IMG/VR virus record: IMGVR_UViG_3300046660_000367
Location: 34,276-98,275 of that record
Source: a virus
Reading direction: 5' to 3' (one strand)
Length of the DNA: 64,000 bases
Shown: piece by piece, positions 16,958 through 27,368 of the stretch
Layout of the letters: every line of letters begins with the position of its first letter
How positions within the stretch are numbered: the stretch's first letter is position 1
Program-made: the position numbers and the translations under genes
Notes under the pieces: generated by a model
What the model was told of the DNA's origin: nothing
What the model saw: the letters and a program-made list of their open reading frames with translations, nothing else
The model's database searches: none

Positions 16958-17922
16958 CCGACAACGATTTGCTCGACCCGAACGTCCCACTGCACTGCCT
17001 GCGCCTCGATGGCGGCACGCAGTCGCGCGCTGCCATGGATGACGCCGCGATCGCCGAATACAGCGAGGCGATCCGCCAGGGCGCCACGCTGCCGCCGCTG
17101 ATCGTGTACTACGACAGTGTCGATTTCTGGCTGGCCGACGGTTTCCACCGCTACCACGCCTACCGCGCCGCCGGCGTGGAACAGGTGATGACCGATGTGC
17201 GCACCGGCTCCAAGCGCGACGCAGTGCTGTTTTCGGTCGGCGCCAACGCCGCGCACGGCCTGCGCCGCACCAACGAGGACAAGCGCCGCGCGGTTGAAAC
17301 GTTGCTGGCCGATGCCGAGTGGGCGGCGTGGACTGACGTTGCCATCGCCAAGGCATGCGGTGTTTCGTCGAACTTTGTGGGTGATGTACGCCGTCACATT
17401 AATCCGATTAATGTGACGACATCAGCCGAGCGCACTTACACCACCAAGCACGGCACCACGGCCACGATGAAAACGGCCAACATCGGCAAGGCCAAGCCGG
17501 CAGAGCCGCCCGCTACCGAAGCATCGGACCCCGCCACGGATGCGCCGCCCGATCCGGTCCTGGCCAAGGCTCGTCCTGTAGAAATCCCAGGGCGCTTGGC
17601 CGCCGCCGAACCGGACGGCCCGGCCCCTGCCGAACTGGACGCGCTGCGCGCCGAAAACGCTGCCCTGCTCGCGGAGCTGGACGACCTGAAGGCCGATCTC
17701 GCCGAAACGCTGGCCGACAACGAAATGATGGGGCGCGTGTTCGACGCCGACGACAAGGTCAAGGCCTCGATGGATGAAGCGCGCCGCCAGAAGGCGCTGG
17801 CCGACAACGCCGAGCGCACGTTGGCAGCTCGCTCGCAGGAGTTCAACGAGCGCGCGCGCAATGTTGTGTACTGGAAGAAGCGCGCCGAGAAAGCCGAGCG
17901 CGAGCTGGAAAAGGCGGCCTGA
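16954..17922 (+). CDS. ParB/Srx-like N-terminal domain protein with HTH and coiled coil
   Basis: DGGTQSR...PP.IV.YD...WLADGFHR...N..HGLRRTNEDKR..V...IAK.CGVS. Confidence 0.75.
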   Translation: MTDNDLLDPNVPLHCLRLDGGTQSRAAMDDAAIAEYSEAIRQGATLPPLIVYYDSVDFWLADGFHRYHAYRAAGVEQVMTDVRTGSKRDAVLFSVGANAAHGLRRTNEDKRRAVETLLADAEWAAWTDVAIAKACGVSSNFVGDVRRHINPINVTTSAERTYTTKHGTTATMKTANIGKAKPAEPPATEASDPATDAPPDPVLAKARPVEIPGRLAAAEPDGPAPAELDALRAENAALLAELDDLKADLAETLADNEMMGRVFDADDKVKASMDEARRQKALADNAERTLAARSQEFNERARNVVYWKKRAEKAERELEKAA

Positions 17923-17923
17923 C

Positions 17924-19423
17924 ATGCAGCCCGCCGCCTACGTCAACCACAAATTCCCTGAGCCACGCCCGTTCCAGCAGTCGGCGCGGGCACTACTGCG
18001 CGAGGCGTTCGCCGCCGGCCACCGCTGCCAGATGGTGATGAGTCCGACCGGCTCGGGCAAGACCATCTTGGCGATGTTCCTGATTAACGAGTCGCTGGCG
18101 CGCGGCAAGCGGGTGATCTTTGTGGCCGACCGCCGCACCCTGATTAACCAGACTTCCGAGGTGGCCGATTCGCTGGGCCTGTCGCATGGCGTGCTGATGG
18201 CCGACAGCCTGCGCTTCGACCCGGATGCGCCGTTCCAGATCGCCAGCGCGCAGACCCTGGCCATGCGCGACTGGCCGGATGCCGACCTTATCATCATCGA
18301 CGAGGCGCATACCCAGCTCAAGGTGTGGACCGAGCATATCCAGACCTGCCGCGCCGCCGTCATCGGTCTGTCGGCGACGCCGTTCTCGGCTGGCCTGGGC
18401 AAGCTGTTCTCGAACCTGATCAACGCCACCACTATGGCCGAATTGACCGCGTCCGGCGTGCTGGTGCCGATGCGCGTGCTGTCGTGCACCAAGGTCAATA
18501 TGAAGGGCGCGGCCACGGCCGGCGGCGAGTGGACGGTCGAGGCGGCCGGCGCGCGCGGCATGCAGATCATCGGCGACGTGGTGCAGGAATGGCTGCGCCA
18601 CGCCGACGGGCGCAAGACCATCGTGTTCGGCGCTACCATCGCCCACTGCGAGGCGCTGTGCGCGGAGTTCACCGCTGCTGGCGTGCTGGCGGCCTGCTTC
18701 ACCGCCGAGACCACCGACAGCACACGCGCCGACCTGCTGGCCAGCTTCCGTGGCCCTGACGCGCTGCTGCGCGTGCTGATCTCCGTCGAGGCACTGGCCA
18801 AGGGCTTCGACGTGCCGGACGTGGCCTGCGTGTGCGACGTGCGCCCGCTGCGCAAATCGCTGTCCACCGCGATCCAAATGTGGGGCCGCGGCCTGCGCGC
18901 CTCGCCCGACACCGGCAAGACCGAACTGCTGCTGCTTGACTTCTCGGGCAACATCGTGCGCTTTGCCGAGGACTTCGAGGCGCTGTTTCATGACGGGCTG
19001 GGATCGCTCGACAGCGGCGAAAAACTCGACAAGGCGGTGCGCAAGGACCGCGACGATGACCACGAGCCAACCGGCTGCCCGAAGTGCCACTACAAGCCGT
19101 TCGGCAAGTGCTGCATGTCCTGCGGCTTCGAGATCATCAAGCAGAACCTGATCGAACACGAAGCCGGCAAGATGGTCGAGTTCACTGTCGGCAAGAACAA
19201 GGTTGGCGACAAGGCCAGCGTGTGGGCGCAGTGCGTGACCCTGATGCGCACCACCGGCGCCCCGGCCACCGCGCCGCAACGCGCCGCCTACCTCTACAAG
19301 AGCATCACCGGCGCCTTCCCGCGCAGCCTGCCCGACTTCCACGCCGTCGCTGCCGTCAGCGTCACGCGCGGCGTGATGAACAAGCACAAGGCCAACAAGA
19401 TCGCCTACCGGAGGGCGGTATGA
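17924..19423 (+). CDS. SF2 DEAD/DEAH-box helicase with Zn ribbon
   Basis: PTGSGKT, IIDEAH, LSATP, GFDVPD, QMWGRGLR, CPKC..CMSC. Confidence 0.92.
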   Translation: MQPAAYVNHKFPEPRPFQQSARALLREAFAAGHRCQMVMSPTGSGKTILAMFLINESLARGKRVIFVADRRTLINQTSEVADSLGLSHGVLMADSLRFDPDAPFQIASAQTLAMRDWPDADLIIIDEAHTQLKVWTEHIQTCRAAVIGLSATPFSAGLGKLFSNLINATTMAELTASGVLVPMRVLSCTKVNMKGAATAGGEWTVEAAGARGMQIIGDVVQEWLRHADGRKTIVFGATIAHCEALCAEFTAAGVLAACFTAETTDSTRADLLASFRGPDALLRVLISVEALAKGFDVPDVACVCDVRPLRKSLSTAIQMWGRGLRASPDTGKTELLLLDFSGNIVRFAEDFEALFHDGLGSLDSGEKLDKAVRKDRDDDHEPTGCPKCHYKPFGKCCMSCGFEIIKQNLIEHEAGKMVEFTVGKNKVGDKASVWAQCVTLMRTTGAPATAPQRAAYLYKSITGAFPRSLPDFHAVAAVSVTRGVMNKHKANKIAYRRAV

Positions 19424-20271
19424 CGTTCACCCAATTCGCCAGCCTGTACGGCCTGATCCTGCCCGACCTGTACCCCAGCGAGCGGGTGCGCCGCTGCCCG
19501 ACCGAACAGCATCCGCGTACCAAGGACGGCGCCTATTTTTGGGACGGCCGCCGTGGCTGGGTGTCGGACTGGTCGAATGGCGCCGAAATCCACTGGTACG
19601 ACAACCCGGACGCCAAGGGCTTCACCGACGCTGACAAGAAGGCCTGGGCCGAGCGCAAGCGCGCGCAGGAGCGCCGCCAGGCCGAGGTGCACCGTCAGGC
19701 CGAGCGCACCGCCGCCGCCATGCTGGCCGCCTGCAAGCCGGACGAACACATGTATTTGCGTAGCAAGCAGCTGCCTGACGTGCGCGGCCTGGTCAATGAC
19801 GAGCGCGAGCTGATCGTGCCGATGCGCACGCTGGAGTCGAACCAGCTGGTTGGCGCCCAGGTCATCAAGTGGCTGATGGACGAGCGCGAGTGGCAGAAAA
19901 AGATGATCTACGGGACCCGCGCCAAGGGCGCCGTGTTCCGGCTGGGGAACCCGCGCGCACCCGAAACCTGGCTGGTCGAGGGCTACGCCACCGGCCTGAC
20001 CTTGGCCATGGCGATCCGCCAGCTGAACCAGCAGGCGCAGGTGCTGATCTGTTTTTCGGCCAGCAACCTGACCCATGTGGCGGCGCAGGTGAAGGGCCGC
20101 AAGTTCGCCTTCGCCGACCACGACAAGAGCGGCACTGGCCAGCGCGCCGCCGAACAGGCGCAACTGGCGTACTGCATGAGTCCGGTCGAGGGCGAGGATG
20201 CCAACGACCTGTACGTGCGCGCCGGCCTGATGGCGGTGAGCAAACTGATGATGGAGGCGCGCACGCGCTGA
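19420..20271 (+). CDS. TOPRIM-domain primase
   Basis: YLRSK, LIVPM, VEGYATG, FADHD...G, DAND motifs. Confidence 0.85.
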   Translation: MTFTQFASLYGLILPDLYPSERVRRCPTEQHPRTKDGAYFWDGRRGWVSDWSNGAEIHWYDNPDAKGFTDADKKAWAERKRAQERRQAEVHRQAERTAAAMLAACKPDEHMYLRSKQLPDVRGLVNDERELIVPMRTLESNQLVGAQVIKWLMDEREWQKKMIYGTRAKGAVFRLGNPRAPETWLVEGYATGLTLAMAIRQLNQQAQVLICFSASNLTHVAAQVKGRKFAFADHDKSGTGQRAAEQAQLAYCMSPVEGEDANDLYVRAGLMAVSKLMMEARTR

Positions 20272-20588
20272 CGGGACCACAGGTGGCGCGGACGACACCT
20301 TAAAAAACGTGCATGGGCTTGCATCGGCCCCCACCGCGCAAAGACTGGCCCTGCTTAACCTTGCAGGCGTGCCAACGCAGCGTAGCTGAAGCGACTGCAA
20401 GCAAGGCGGCGGGGGCAAATGGTGAGACAACCCGGTGCCGAGTGAATTCAGCCTCCAGGAGGGCGTGGTGTCCGGCTGTATGGACATGGCGCGGGATGAG
20501 AGCCTGCCACCACGGCACCCCTCTCACCTTTGGAGGGCCGTGGGCCACTGGTTTTCGATTTTCAACCACAACGACAGAATGGGCAATC

Positions 20589-21257
20589 ATGAAAACAGAA
20601 ATCATCGCCATCCAGGACCGCAGCGGCTCGATGGCGCCGCTGCACCGTGACGTGGTTGGCGGCTACAACAGCTTCCTGGCCGAGCAGCGCGCCGTGCCGG
20701 GTGAGGCGCGCATCACCTGCGTGCAGTTCAACGACGAGGTGCGCACCCTGTACCAGGCGGTGCCGCTGGACTGTCTCAAGGACATGAGCGTCGCCGACTA
20801 TCTCCCGACGGGCGGCACGGCGCTGCTTGACGCGATCGGCACCACGCTGGAAGCACAGGGCAAGCGCATCGCCGACGAGGGCTGGGCCGAGCTGGTGATT
20901 GTGCACATCAACACCGACGGCGAGGAAAACGTCAGCCGCAAGTACACGCTCGATCAGATCAAAACCATGATCTCGCAGAAGCAGGAGAAGGGCGGCTGGA
21001 AGTTCCTGTTCCAGGCGGCCAACCAGGACGCTTTCGCCGCCGGCAGCAAGTACGGCATCAGCGCGGCGACCACCAGCAACTTCACCGCCAGCGCGGCCGG
21101 GCTGCGCGAGGCCTACGGCTCGACCAGCATGTCGGTCACCAACTTGCGCACGGCGAGCGCGCAGCCGCCGGCCGATGCGATCGCCAGCGTGCCGCTGCCG
21201 CAGTCGCAGCCGTCCGGCGTGCTGCCTGACGCGATTGCCGGCCTGCAGCAGCCGTAA
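20589..21257 (+). CDS. vWA domain protein
   Basis: MIDAS DRSGSM, GGTALLDAIG, TDGEEN.S. Confidence 0.85.
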   Translation: MKTEIIAIQDRSGSMAPLHRDVVGGYNSFLAEQRAVPGEARITCVQFNDEVRTLYQAVPLDCLKDMSVADYLPTGGTALLDAIGTTLEAQGKRIADEGWAELVIVHINTDGEENVSRKYTLDQIKTMISQKQEKGGWKFLFQAANQDAFAAGSKYGISAATTSNFTASAAGLREAYGSTSMSVTNLRTASAQPPADAIASVPLPQSQPSGVLPDAIAGLQQP

Positions 21258-21553
21258 TGGCCCGCCCGCACGCTGTCAGCCGTCGCCCGAAGATTTGGGT
21301 GACGAAGGAATTCGCGTGCGACTTCCGCTATGTCGTGTGGTTTTACGACATGACGGAGGCCGAGGCCGAGGAATGGCGCGAGCTGGTGCGCGTCAGCCCC
21401 GGCCCGATGATGGACTACATCGCCACGCTGGCGATGGCACTGCGCAATGGCTACACCCAAACCGCCAAGAACAACTACGTGCGCCTCAATACGTGGCTGC
21501 TGGATACCTGGCGCCAACCGATCACCAAGTACAGCGAAGGAGAACAGCCTTGA
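21257..21553 (+). CDS. hypothetical protein
   Basis: coupled ORF. Confidence 0.5.
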   Translation: MARPHAVSRRPKIWVTKEFACDFRYVVWFYDMTEAEAEEWRELVRVSPGPMMDYIATLAMALRNGYTQTAKNNYVRLNTWLLDTWRQPITKYSEGEQP

Positions 21554-21936
21554 AACTGCCGCCGAAGACCTCGCGCGCCATGGCCATCGTGCAGGCGCTG
21601 CGCCAGTGCGGGCCGGTGACCTTGAGGGAGGGGATCGAGCTGCACGGCTCGTTCAACAACAAGATGACGCTGGCCCGCATGGGCGATCTGTACGAGGAAC
21701 TGGTGTCGGTCGGCTGCCTGGAACGGGTCGGGACGCGCTACTGCGTCACCGAGGCGGTGCTGTCCCACTACGACCCGCGCCCGAAGGTGGCCGCGCCGCT
21801 GGTGCCGCCGCGCGAGGTGAACCGTTTCACGCCGCCGCTGGATCGCCGCTACTTCCTGTCCGCGCGCGGCACCCGCGAGGGCAGCAACGATCTGCGCGAC
21901 GTGCCGAGTAAGTACGCCGAGCTGGAAAAAGAGTAG
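21550..21936 (+). CDS. hypothetical wHTH-like protein
   Basis: TTG start after AGGAG. Confidence 0.5.
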   Translation: MKLPPKTSRAMAIVQALRQCGPVTLREGIELHGSFNNKMTLARMGDLYEELVSVGCLERVGTRYCVTEAVLSHYDPRPKVAAPLVPPREVNRFTPPLDRRYFLSARGTREGSNDLRDVPSKYAELEKE

Positions 21937-21963
21937 GTCCGAGTCACTTCAACGGGAGAAAGC

Positions 21964-22431
21964 ATGTTCGGATGGCTGAAAAAATGGGGACCGGCGGCAC
22001 GCAATGCGCGCGACGAGCGGGAAATCGAGGCAGCGATCGAGCGCACGGCGGCGATGGCGGCGGCGATCAACGCGCGCCGCGCCCGCGAGAAGGCGGCCCA
22101 GGACGCGGCGCGCGCCGCGGTGACGGCCCGCTGGGAGGCGGCACGTGCACAGCAAAATGAGCGCACGGCATTCGAGCGCAATGTGATACGCGACATGCAA
22201 CGCGAGCGGGAGGCCAAGCTGGCGCCGCGACCGCCTGCGCAACCGAAGCGTGACAGCGAATCGACCCCGGCACCGGACACCATGCCGCTCGATATGGGCA
22301 CGCCGGTGTATCTGGTGCCGATCCACCATCTGCCTTCGACCAGCGACTGGTGCGCCTCGTCCGGCAGCGATGCGTCCAGCTCGGACAGCGGTAGCAGTGA
22401 CAGCGGCGGCAGCTGCGGGGGTGGCGATTGA
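21964..22431 (+). CDS. hypothetical protein with Ser/Gly-rich SSDSGGSCGGGD tail
   Basis: SD plus ATG; low-complexity tail. Confidence 0.55.
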   Translation: MFGWLKKWGPAARNARDEREIEAAIERTAAMAAAINARRAREKAAQDAARAAVTARWEAARAQQNERTAFERNVIRDMQREREAKLAPRPPAQPKRDSESTPAPDTMPLDMGTPVYLVPIHHLPSTSDWCASSGSDASSSDSGSSDSGGSCGGGD

Positions 22432-22790
22432 AGCGCCCCGGTTCCCTGCCCAAGCGCCCGAAGTACGGCAACAAGAAGGTCGAGATCGACGGCCAGCACT
22501 TCGATTCGCAGGCCGAGGCGGCGCGCTGGATCGAGCTGAACCGCCTGCAGCAGCGCGGCAAGATCACCGACCTGCGCCGCCAGGTGACATTCGAGCTGGT
22601 GCCGTCGGTGCGCTTCTTTGGTTCAACGCGGGCCACGCCGGCACTGCGCTACGTCGCCGACTTCAGCTACACGCTGGCGGCCACCGGCAAGCCGGTCATC
22701 GAGGACACCAAGGGCGTACTCACGCGCGTCTACAAGATTAAGAGGCACCTGATGAAGGCGCTGTTCAACATCGACATTCTGGAAACTTAG
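22428..22790 (+). CDS. DUF1064 family putative endonuclease
   Basis: KYGNKKV.IDG..FDS..EA...L.RQV.FEL...YVADF.Y...IEDTKG. Confidence 0.88.
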   Translation: MKRPGSLPKRPKYGNKKVEIDGQHFDSQAEAARWIELNRLQQRGKITDLRRQVTFELVPSVRFFGSTRATPALRYVADFSYTLAATGKPVIEDTKGVLTRVYKIKRHLMKALFNIDILET

Positions 22791-22801
22791 GAGCTGACGG
22801 C

Positions 22802-23338
22802 ATGGCACAACTGGCACAGCGTTACGTGCGCGCGGTCGGGTCGGGCAATCTGCGCTCCGACGAACTCCACTTCGACACCGATGTGCTGGCGGCGATGGCG
22901 CTGTCGTCCACCTATGGCGGGTTGCTGTTCCGCGCGAAGTATTTCAACGACCCGGCCAGCTACCGGCGCCTGCTCAACCAGTGGACGTGGATTGTGTCCA
23001 CCAAGGCGGAGCGGCGCGGCTGGCCGGTGCATATCCCGGTTGACAAGGTGGCCCGTATCTCCTTGCGTATATGGGCCAATGACGTGTGCCCGGCGTGCAC
23101 AGGGCGCAAGATGGTGACGATTTTCAACACACCCAGTCTGTCGGATAAGGCTTGCCCGTTGTGCAATGGCACCGGCAAGACCGAGCTGCGCTGTGACCAA
23201 AGTTTGCGTGATTACGTGCTGGACATGATCGAGGAATTGACCGCCGACGAGCGCAAGGCCGGGGCGCGCGGCGCCAGGAAACTTGGCAAACAGAACAGCG
23301 ACATCAGCGATTTCATGCCGGCGCAAAAAAATGCTTGA
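22802..23338 (+). CDS. antitermination protein Q-like
   Basis: CPACTGR...CPLCNGTG Zn finger; last gene of the early rightward operon. Confidence 0.65.
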   Translation: MAQLAQRYVRAVGSGNLRSDELHFDTDVLAAMALSSTYGGLLFRAKYFNDPASYRRLLNQWTWIVSTKAERRGWPVHIPVDKVARISLRIWANDVCPACTGRKMVTIFNTPSLSDKACPLCNGTGKTELRCDQSLRDYVLDMIEELTADERKAGARGARKLGKQNSDISDFMPAQKNA

Positions 23339-23535
23339 GTTTACGGCAAGGCACCTTTATGCTTGGCGCACTGCTGAGTTGATCGGGTTGTACTGCCCAC
23401 TTTGGACCCCTTTGCTTGGCATAATTCGGGCAAAACCCGTCTTTTTTTACGGGTGGCGCAAGCAGCCGGTTGGTAAAGGACGGCGACCCTTGATGCCCTT
23501 GTTCGCCCGTACCACAGCATTTCCCTTTTCGCAAC

Positions 23536-23567
23536 AAGCCCGCTCCCTCACCAGGCGCGGGCTTTTT
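23536..23567 (+). terminator. terminator in late leader (tR'-like)
   Basis: AAGCCCGC...GCGGGCTTTTT. Confidence 0.55.
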
Positions 23568-23650
23568 GCATTGGTTTACAGCTTTCGGGGCGCAAGACGC
23601 AAGACCACACCCCTATACCCGCCCGATCGGGCCTCTATAGGAGCATCACC

Positions 23651-23896
23651 ATGACGATTTCATCCGTGCGCGCCAAGATGGTTTGCAACAGCACGTCGCA
23701 GCCGACCCCCAGCGGCGCGGTCACGCGGGTTGACCTGGGCTGCGTCTACTCGAACGACAAGAGCGAGAACGCCGACTTCACCCGCTACACCCCATGGGGC
23801 AGCTGCCAGATGGGGATCGACGCCGAAGCGGCTGCCGCGATGTTCTTCGAGCCGGGCAAAAAGTATTACGTGACCTTCACCGAAGCGCCCGACTAA
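23651..23896 (+). CDS. conserved phage hypothetical protein
   Basis: VRAKM...EN..F..YTP.G...FEPGK.YYV.F; AGGAG SD. Confidence 0.7.
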   Translation: MTISSVRAKMVCNSTSQPTPSGAVTRVDLGCVYSNDKSENADFTRYTPWGSCQMGIDAEAAAAMFFEPGKKYYVTFTEAPD

Positions 23897-24161
23897 GCAC
23901 GCTTGATTAGCTGATCTGGCCTTATTAGCTGCACAGCTAATCAGGCCGTTTCAGCTAAACCAACCCGCAGGAGGTTGCCATGCCGACCGTGACCGCGCCG
24001 TCAAAAGAGGCTGTCCGACTATACCTGCAGGAGCGCGCCAACGCGCCCACGCCACCGGGCACGCCTGCGGAAATTCGCCGCCAGCTCGGCTGGTGGCTGC
24101 TCCCGCACAACAATCTCCCGCCAGGCTCACGCTGAGACTGACGCCGACGTTCGCCTAGTTT

Positions 24162-24187
24162 AGCCCGCCTTGCGCGGGTTTTTTTTT
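24162..24187 (+). terminator. intrinsic terminator
   Basis: AGCCCGC-cttgc-GCGGGTT plus T-run. Confidence 0.65.
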
Positions 24188-24198
24188 GGAGTTCCGCC

Positions 24199-24618
24199 AT
24201 GGCTCTCGATACCCAATTGTCTAACGCTGCCGTCAACGCCGAAGGCGACGCCATGGCGACGCTGCTCAACAACGGCTATCTGCGCCTCTATAGCGGCAGC
24301 AAGCCGGCCACCGCCGACACGGCGCTGTCGGGCAACACGCTGCTGGCCGAACTGCGCTTTGGCGCCACCGCGTTCGGCGCGACCGCTGCCGGCGTGATGA
24401 CCGCCAACGCCATCACCGCCGACTCGTCGGCCGACAATTCCGGCACGGCGACCTGGTTTCGCGCGCTGAAGTCGGACGGCACCACCGCCATCCTGGATGG
24501 CACGGTGGGCACCTCCGGCGCCAACCTGAATATCGCCACCACCACCATCACGGCGGCGCAAACGGTGTCCTGCTCGGCGTTTACGCACACGCTCAACAAA
24601 GCCACTTCGGGCCTGTAA
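24199..24618 (+). CDS. virion structural protein (paralog of 56202-56972)
   Basis: LYSGSKPATAD...LLAEL...GTATWFR...DGTVGTSGANLN. Confidence 0.7.
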   Translation: MALDTQLSNAAVNAEGDAMATLLNNGYLRLYSGSKPATADTALSGNTLLAELRFGATAFGATAAGVMTANAITADSSADNSGTATWFRALKSDGTTAILDGTVGTSGANLNIATTTITAAQTVSCSAFTHTLNKATSGL

Positions 24619-24648
24619 GCGGGCGCGGGCAGACGGTAGGGGCGCGGC

Positions 24649-27357
24649 ATGGCGACTTTCTACATGGACCTGGTGGGCGGTAACGATTCCAACAACGGCA
24701 CCTCGTTTGCGAATCGCTGGAAGTCCTTTGCCTCCGGCGCGACCGCCGCGCGCACCGCGCCGGGTGACACGATCCGCGTCATGTCCTCCCCCGATCCCAC
24801 GCTGGTAGGCAACGCCACCTGGACTCAAAACAGCAAGACCATCACGCTGGCGTCTGCCGTCACCCTGAACATCACCGATTGCGAGACTGCCTGGACGGCC
24901 AGCGCGAACGTCACCAGCACCGCCGACACCGCGCAGTTCAAGGAGAACACCAGGTCGGCCAAGCATGTGATCGCGGGAGCGTTCACCACCGGCTTGTGCG
25001 CCTATCTCGCCCCGCTCAACATATCCGGTGTGTCGATCAGCAACCGCGCGTCCAACATCGTCGGCGCAGCCTCACTGACCTTGGCCGTGAATGCCAACGC
25101 GGACGAAGGTCTGCAAACCATCACATTGCCGTTCAGCGTGCTATACAACGGAGTTTATTACAGCACGGTAACGGTATCGTCAAATAGCTGGATGGCATTC
25201 GGCAGCACCTCGACCAACGCATATTCCGGCCTGTCAGCGTCAAACCCGCCGCTGCCGACCATCCTGATCGGCGCCAGCGACGGAAGCTGGCAGCGCGTGT
25301 ATTACGGCACCGAGGGCAGTACCTTCCGTATCCGGGTCGAAGGCACGAATGCTACTTCCGGCACTGTAGGATCACCGACGTGGGTGTGGGAGATCACCTT
25401 TGACTCGACTGCCCCAGGCACCATCAAGATCGATATGGCGAGCAACAGCTACCGTGCCACGCCGGTATCGGGCCTGTCGGATGGGCTTGGCAACTACATC
25501 GCCACCTTTGCCAGTGGAGTGTCGAACACCGGCTACACACTAACTCAAACAGCCACGCCCCTGACCTTAGACTTGTCGGGCTACCAGCAGGTCAGTTTTT
25601 GGGTGTACGCCAACGCCGCCATCACCGCCAACACCTTGTCGCTGCGCCTGTGCACCGACACCGCTGGCGCGACCTCAGTCCACACGATCCCTATCCCGTC
25701 GAACAACCAGGCTTCGCTGTGGTGGCCGGTAACGGTGGACCTGGGTACGAACATGAATTCCGCCATCAAGTCGGTCGCGCTGTACCAGGACGTGGATATC
25801 GCGGCAGTCACGGTGCAGATCGATAACATCATCGCCTGCAAGGCGGTCAGCAGCGCCAATTCGCTCTCGCTGACCTCGCTGATCGGCAAGGTGTGGAACT
25901 TGAACTGGGCGGCATCAACCACCTATGCCGCCAACGATATTCGTAAGCCGACACCACAGAACCGCAATGGCTTTCGCTACAAGGTGACAGCAGGCGGCGG
26001 CGGTAATTCTGGCAGCACAGAACCGACTTGGCCGCTGGAGATCGGCGCGACCATCACTGATGGCGCGCTGACCTGGGCCTGCGACGATCTGGAGGACACT
26101 TGGTACGGCATCCAGTCGATCAACGGCACCACTGTCAAACTCGATAATGGCCCGCAGACGCTGGGTAACGCGGGGCGTGGCTATGCAGGCACTACTGAGA
26201 CGGTGGCCACCTACAAGCGCGAAACCATCAAGCAGGCGATGGTTGGTACGTTTACCGCATTTAATGTTGTACAAGAGGCCGGCACGGTAGGTAGCCCGAT
26301 CACCTACAGCGGTGGCTGGAACAGTACGGACATGGCCACGCAGACCGGGGAAACCTGGATCGATGGACAGCATGGCAGCTACAACTACGGCTACCACCTG
26401 AACAACGTCTCGTACCTCACGTTCGACAACCTGAACACCGTGCGCTGTTATCAAGCCCTGGTGGGGTTGTCCACCATGGCCGGCCTACTCATTAAGAACT
26501 GCCACACCAACAACAACCTCGACACCGCGATATCGTTTGGTAACAACGGCCTCAACGCGCCATCCTCTGTAATTGGCTGCGTGGCCGACAACAATGGCTA
26601 TGCAGGGCTTAGCCTCGCCAATCCCATGGTGGGGGTCCGCCGCGCGTCCATGAACAGTAACAACCAATATGGCGTGATAGTTACTGGCGGAACTAATCAA
26701 AACCCCTTCCAGGACATCGCTGCCAAAAATAACAGCCAGGTCGGCTTTATGCTATCGGGGGCAGCCTTTCCGATAAAAGTGGCGCGGCTGGTAACTGCAT
26801 CGAACGCCAGTGCAGGGGTGTCTATCGGTGCGGGGGTAATTCTGCTCAACAGCTCCATTACCGACACCACCAAGTTCAGTGGATTTAACGTTGGCAGCAA
26901 TCTCAGCGTGTATTCGCAAAAAGACGGCGGGGTGGCCGATACGCACGTTATCACGACGTATGGCGGTACGATCATTTCCACCACCGACCAGCGCCATACT
27001 GTACCGGGGATTGCCTGGAAATTCCGCCCCACCGACACCTACCGGATTGCATCCTACCCGCTCGCCTTGTCGGTGGCCAAGATCGCCTGCGCGGCGAACG
27101 CGGCTGTTTCCGTGTCGATCTGGACCCGCCGTGACAACACCAACATCAAGGGCCAGTTGATCCTGCGCGGCGGGCAGATCGCCGGTGTCCCCAGCGACAT
27201 CGCCGTGAGCTGCACACCGTCCATCAACACCTGGACCCAATCTGGCAACCTCACCTTCACGCCGACCGAGGCGGGCGTGGTGGAGCTTTTCTTTGAGGTG
27301 TGGGACGGCGTGGGCACCAGCAATGCGTTCTGGGTCGATGACGAGTTGATCAGCTAA
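24649..27357 (+). CDS. large tail-spike/adhesin-like protein with beta-helix region and inserted NIDO-like domain
   Basis: FYMD..GGNDSNNGTSFANRWKS start; NN..G-spaced pectin-lyase-like repeats; Thr/Ser/Asn rich. Confidence 0.7.
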   Translation: MATFYMDLVGGNDSNNGTSFANRWKSFASGATAARTAPGDTIRVMSSPDPTLVGNATWTQNSKTITLASAVTLNITDCETAWTASANVTSTADTAQFKENTRSAKHVIAGAFTTGLCAYLAPLNISGVSISNRASNIVGAASLTLAVNANADEGLQTITLPFSVLYNGVYYSTVTVSSNSWMAFGSTSTNAYSGLSASNPPLPTILIGASDGSWQRVYYGTEGSTFRIRVEGTNATSGTVGSPTWVWEITFDSTAPGTIKIDMASNSYRATPVSGLSDGLGNYIATFASGVSNTGYTLTQTATPLTLDLSGYQQVSFWVYANAAITANTLSLRLCTDTAGATSVHTIPIPSNNQASLWWPVTVDLGTNMNSAIKSVALYQDVDIAAVTVQIDNIIACKAVSSANSLSLTSLIGKVWNLNWAASTTYAANDIRKPTPQNRNGFRYKVTAGGGGNSGSTEPTWPLEIGATITDGALTWACDDLEDTWYGIQSINGTTVKLDNGPQTLGNAGRGYAGTTETVATYKRETIKQAMVGTFTAFNVVQEAGTVGSPITYSGGWNSTDMATQTGETWIDGQHGSYNYGYHLNNVSYLTFDNLNTVRCYQALVGLSTMAGLLIKNCHTNNNLDTAISFGNNGLNAPSSVIGCVADNNGYAGLSLANPMVGVRRASMNSNNQYGVIVTGGTNQNPFQDIAAKNNSQVGFMLSGAAFPIKVARLVTASNASAGVSIGAGVILLNSSITDTTKFSGFNVGSNLSVYSQKDGGVADTHVITTYGGTIISTTDQRHTVPGIAWKFRPTDTYRIASYPLALSVAKIACAANAAVSVSIWTRRDNTNIKGQLILRGGQIAGVPSDIAVSCTPSINTWTQSGNLTFTPTEAGVVELFFEVWDGVGTSNAFWVDDELIS

Positions 27358-27368
27358 GGAGGGCGGCC

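Noticed and set aside
23400-23520. tRNA-like sequence in the late leader
   Set aside because: Could not build a cloverleaf with canonical T-loop and anticodon arm
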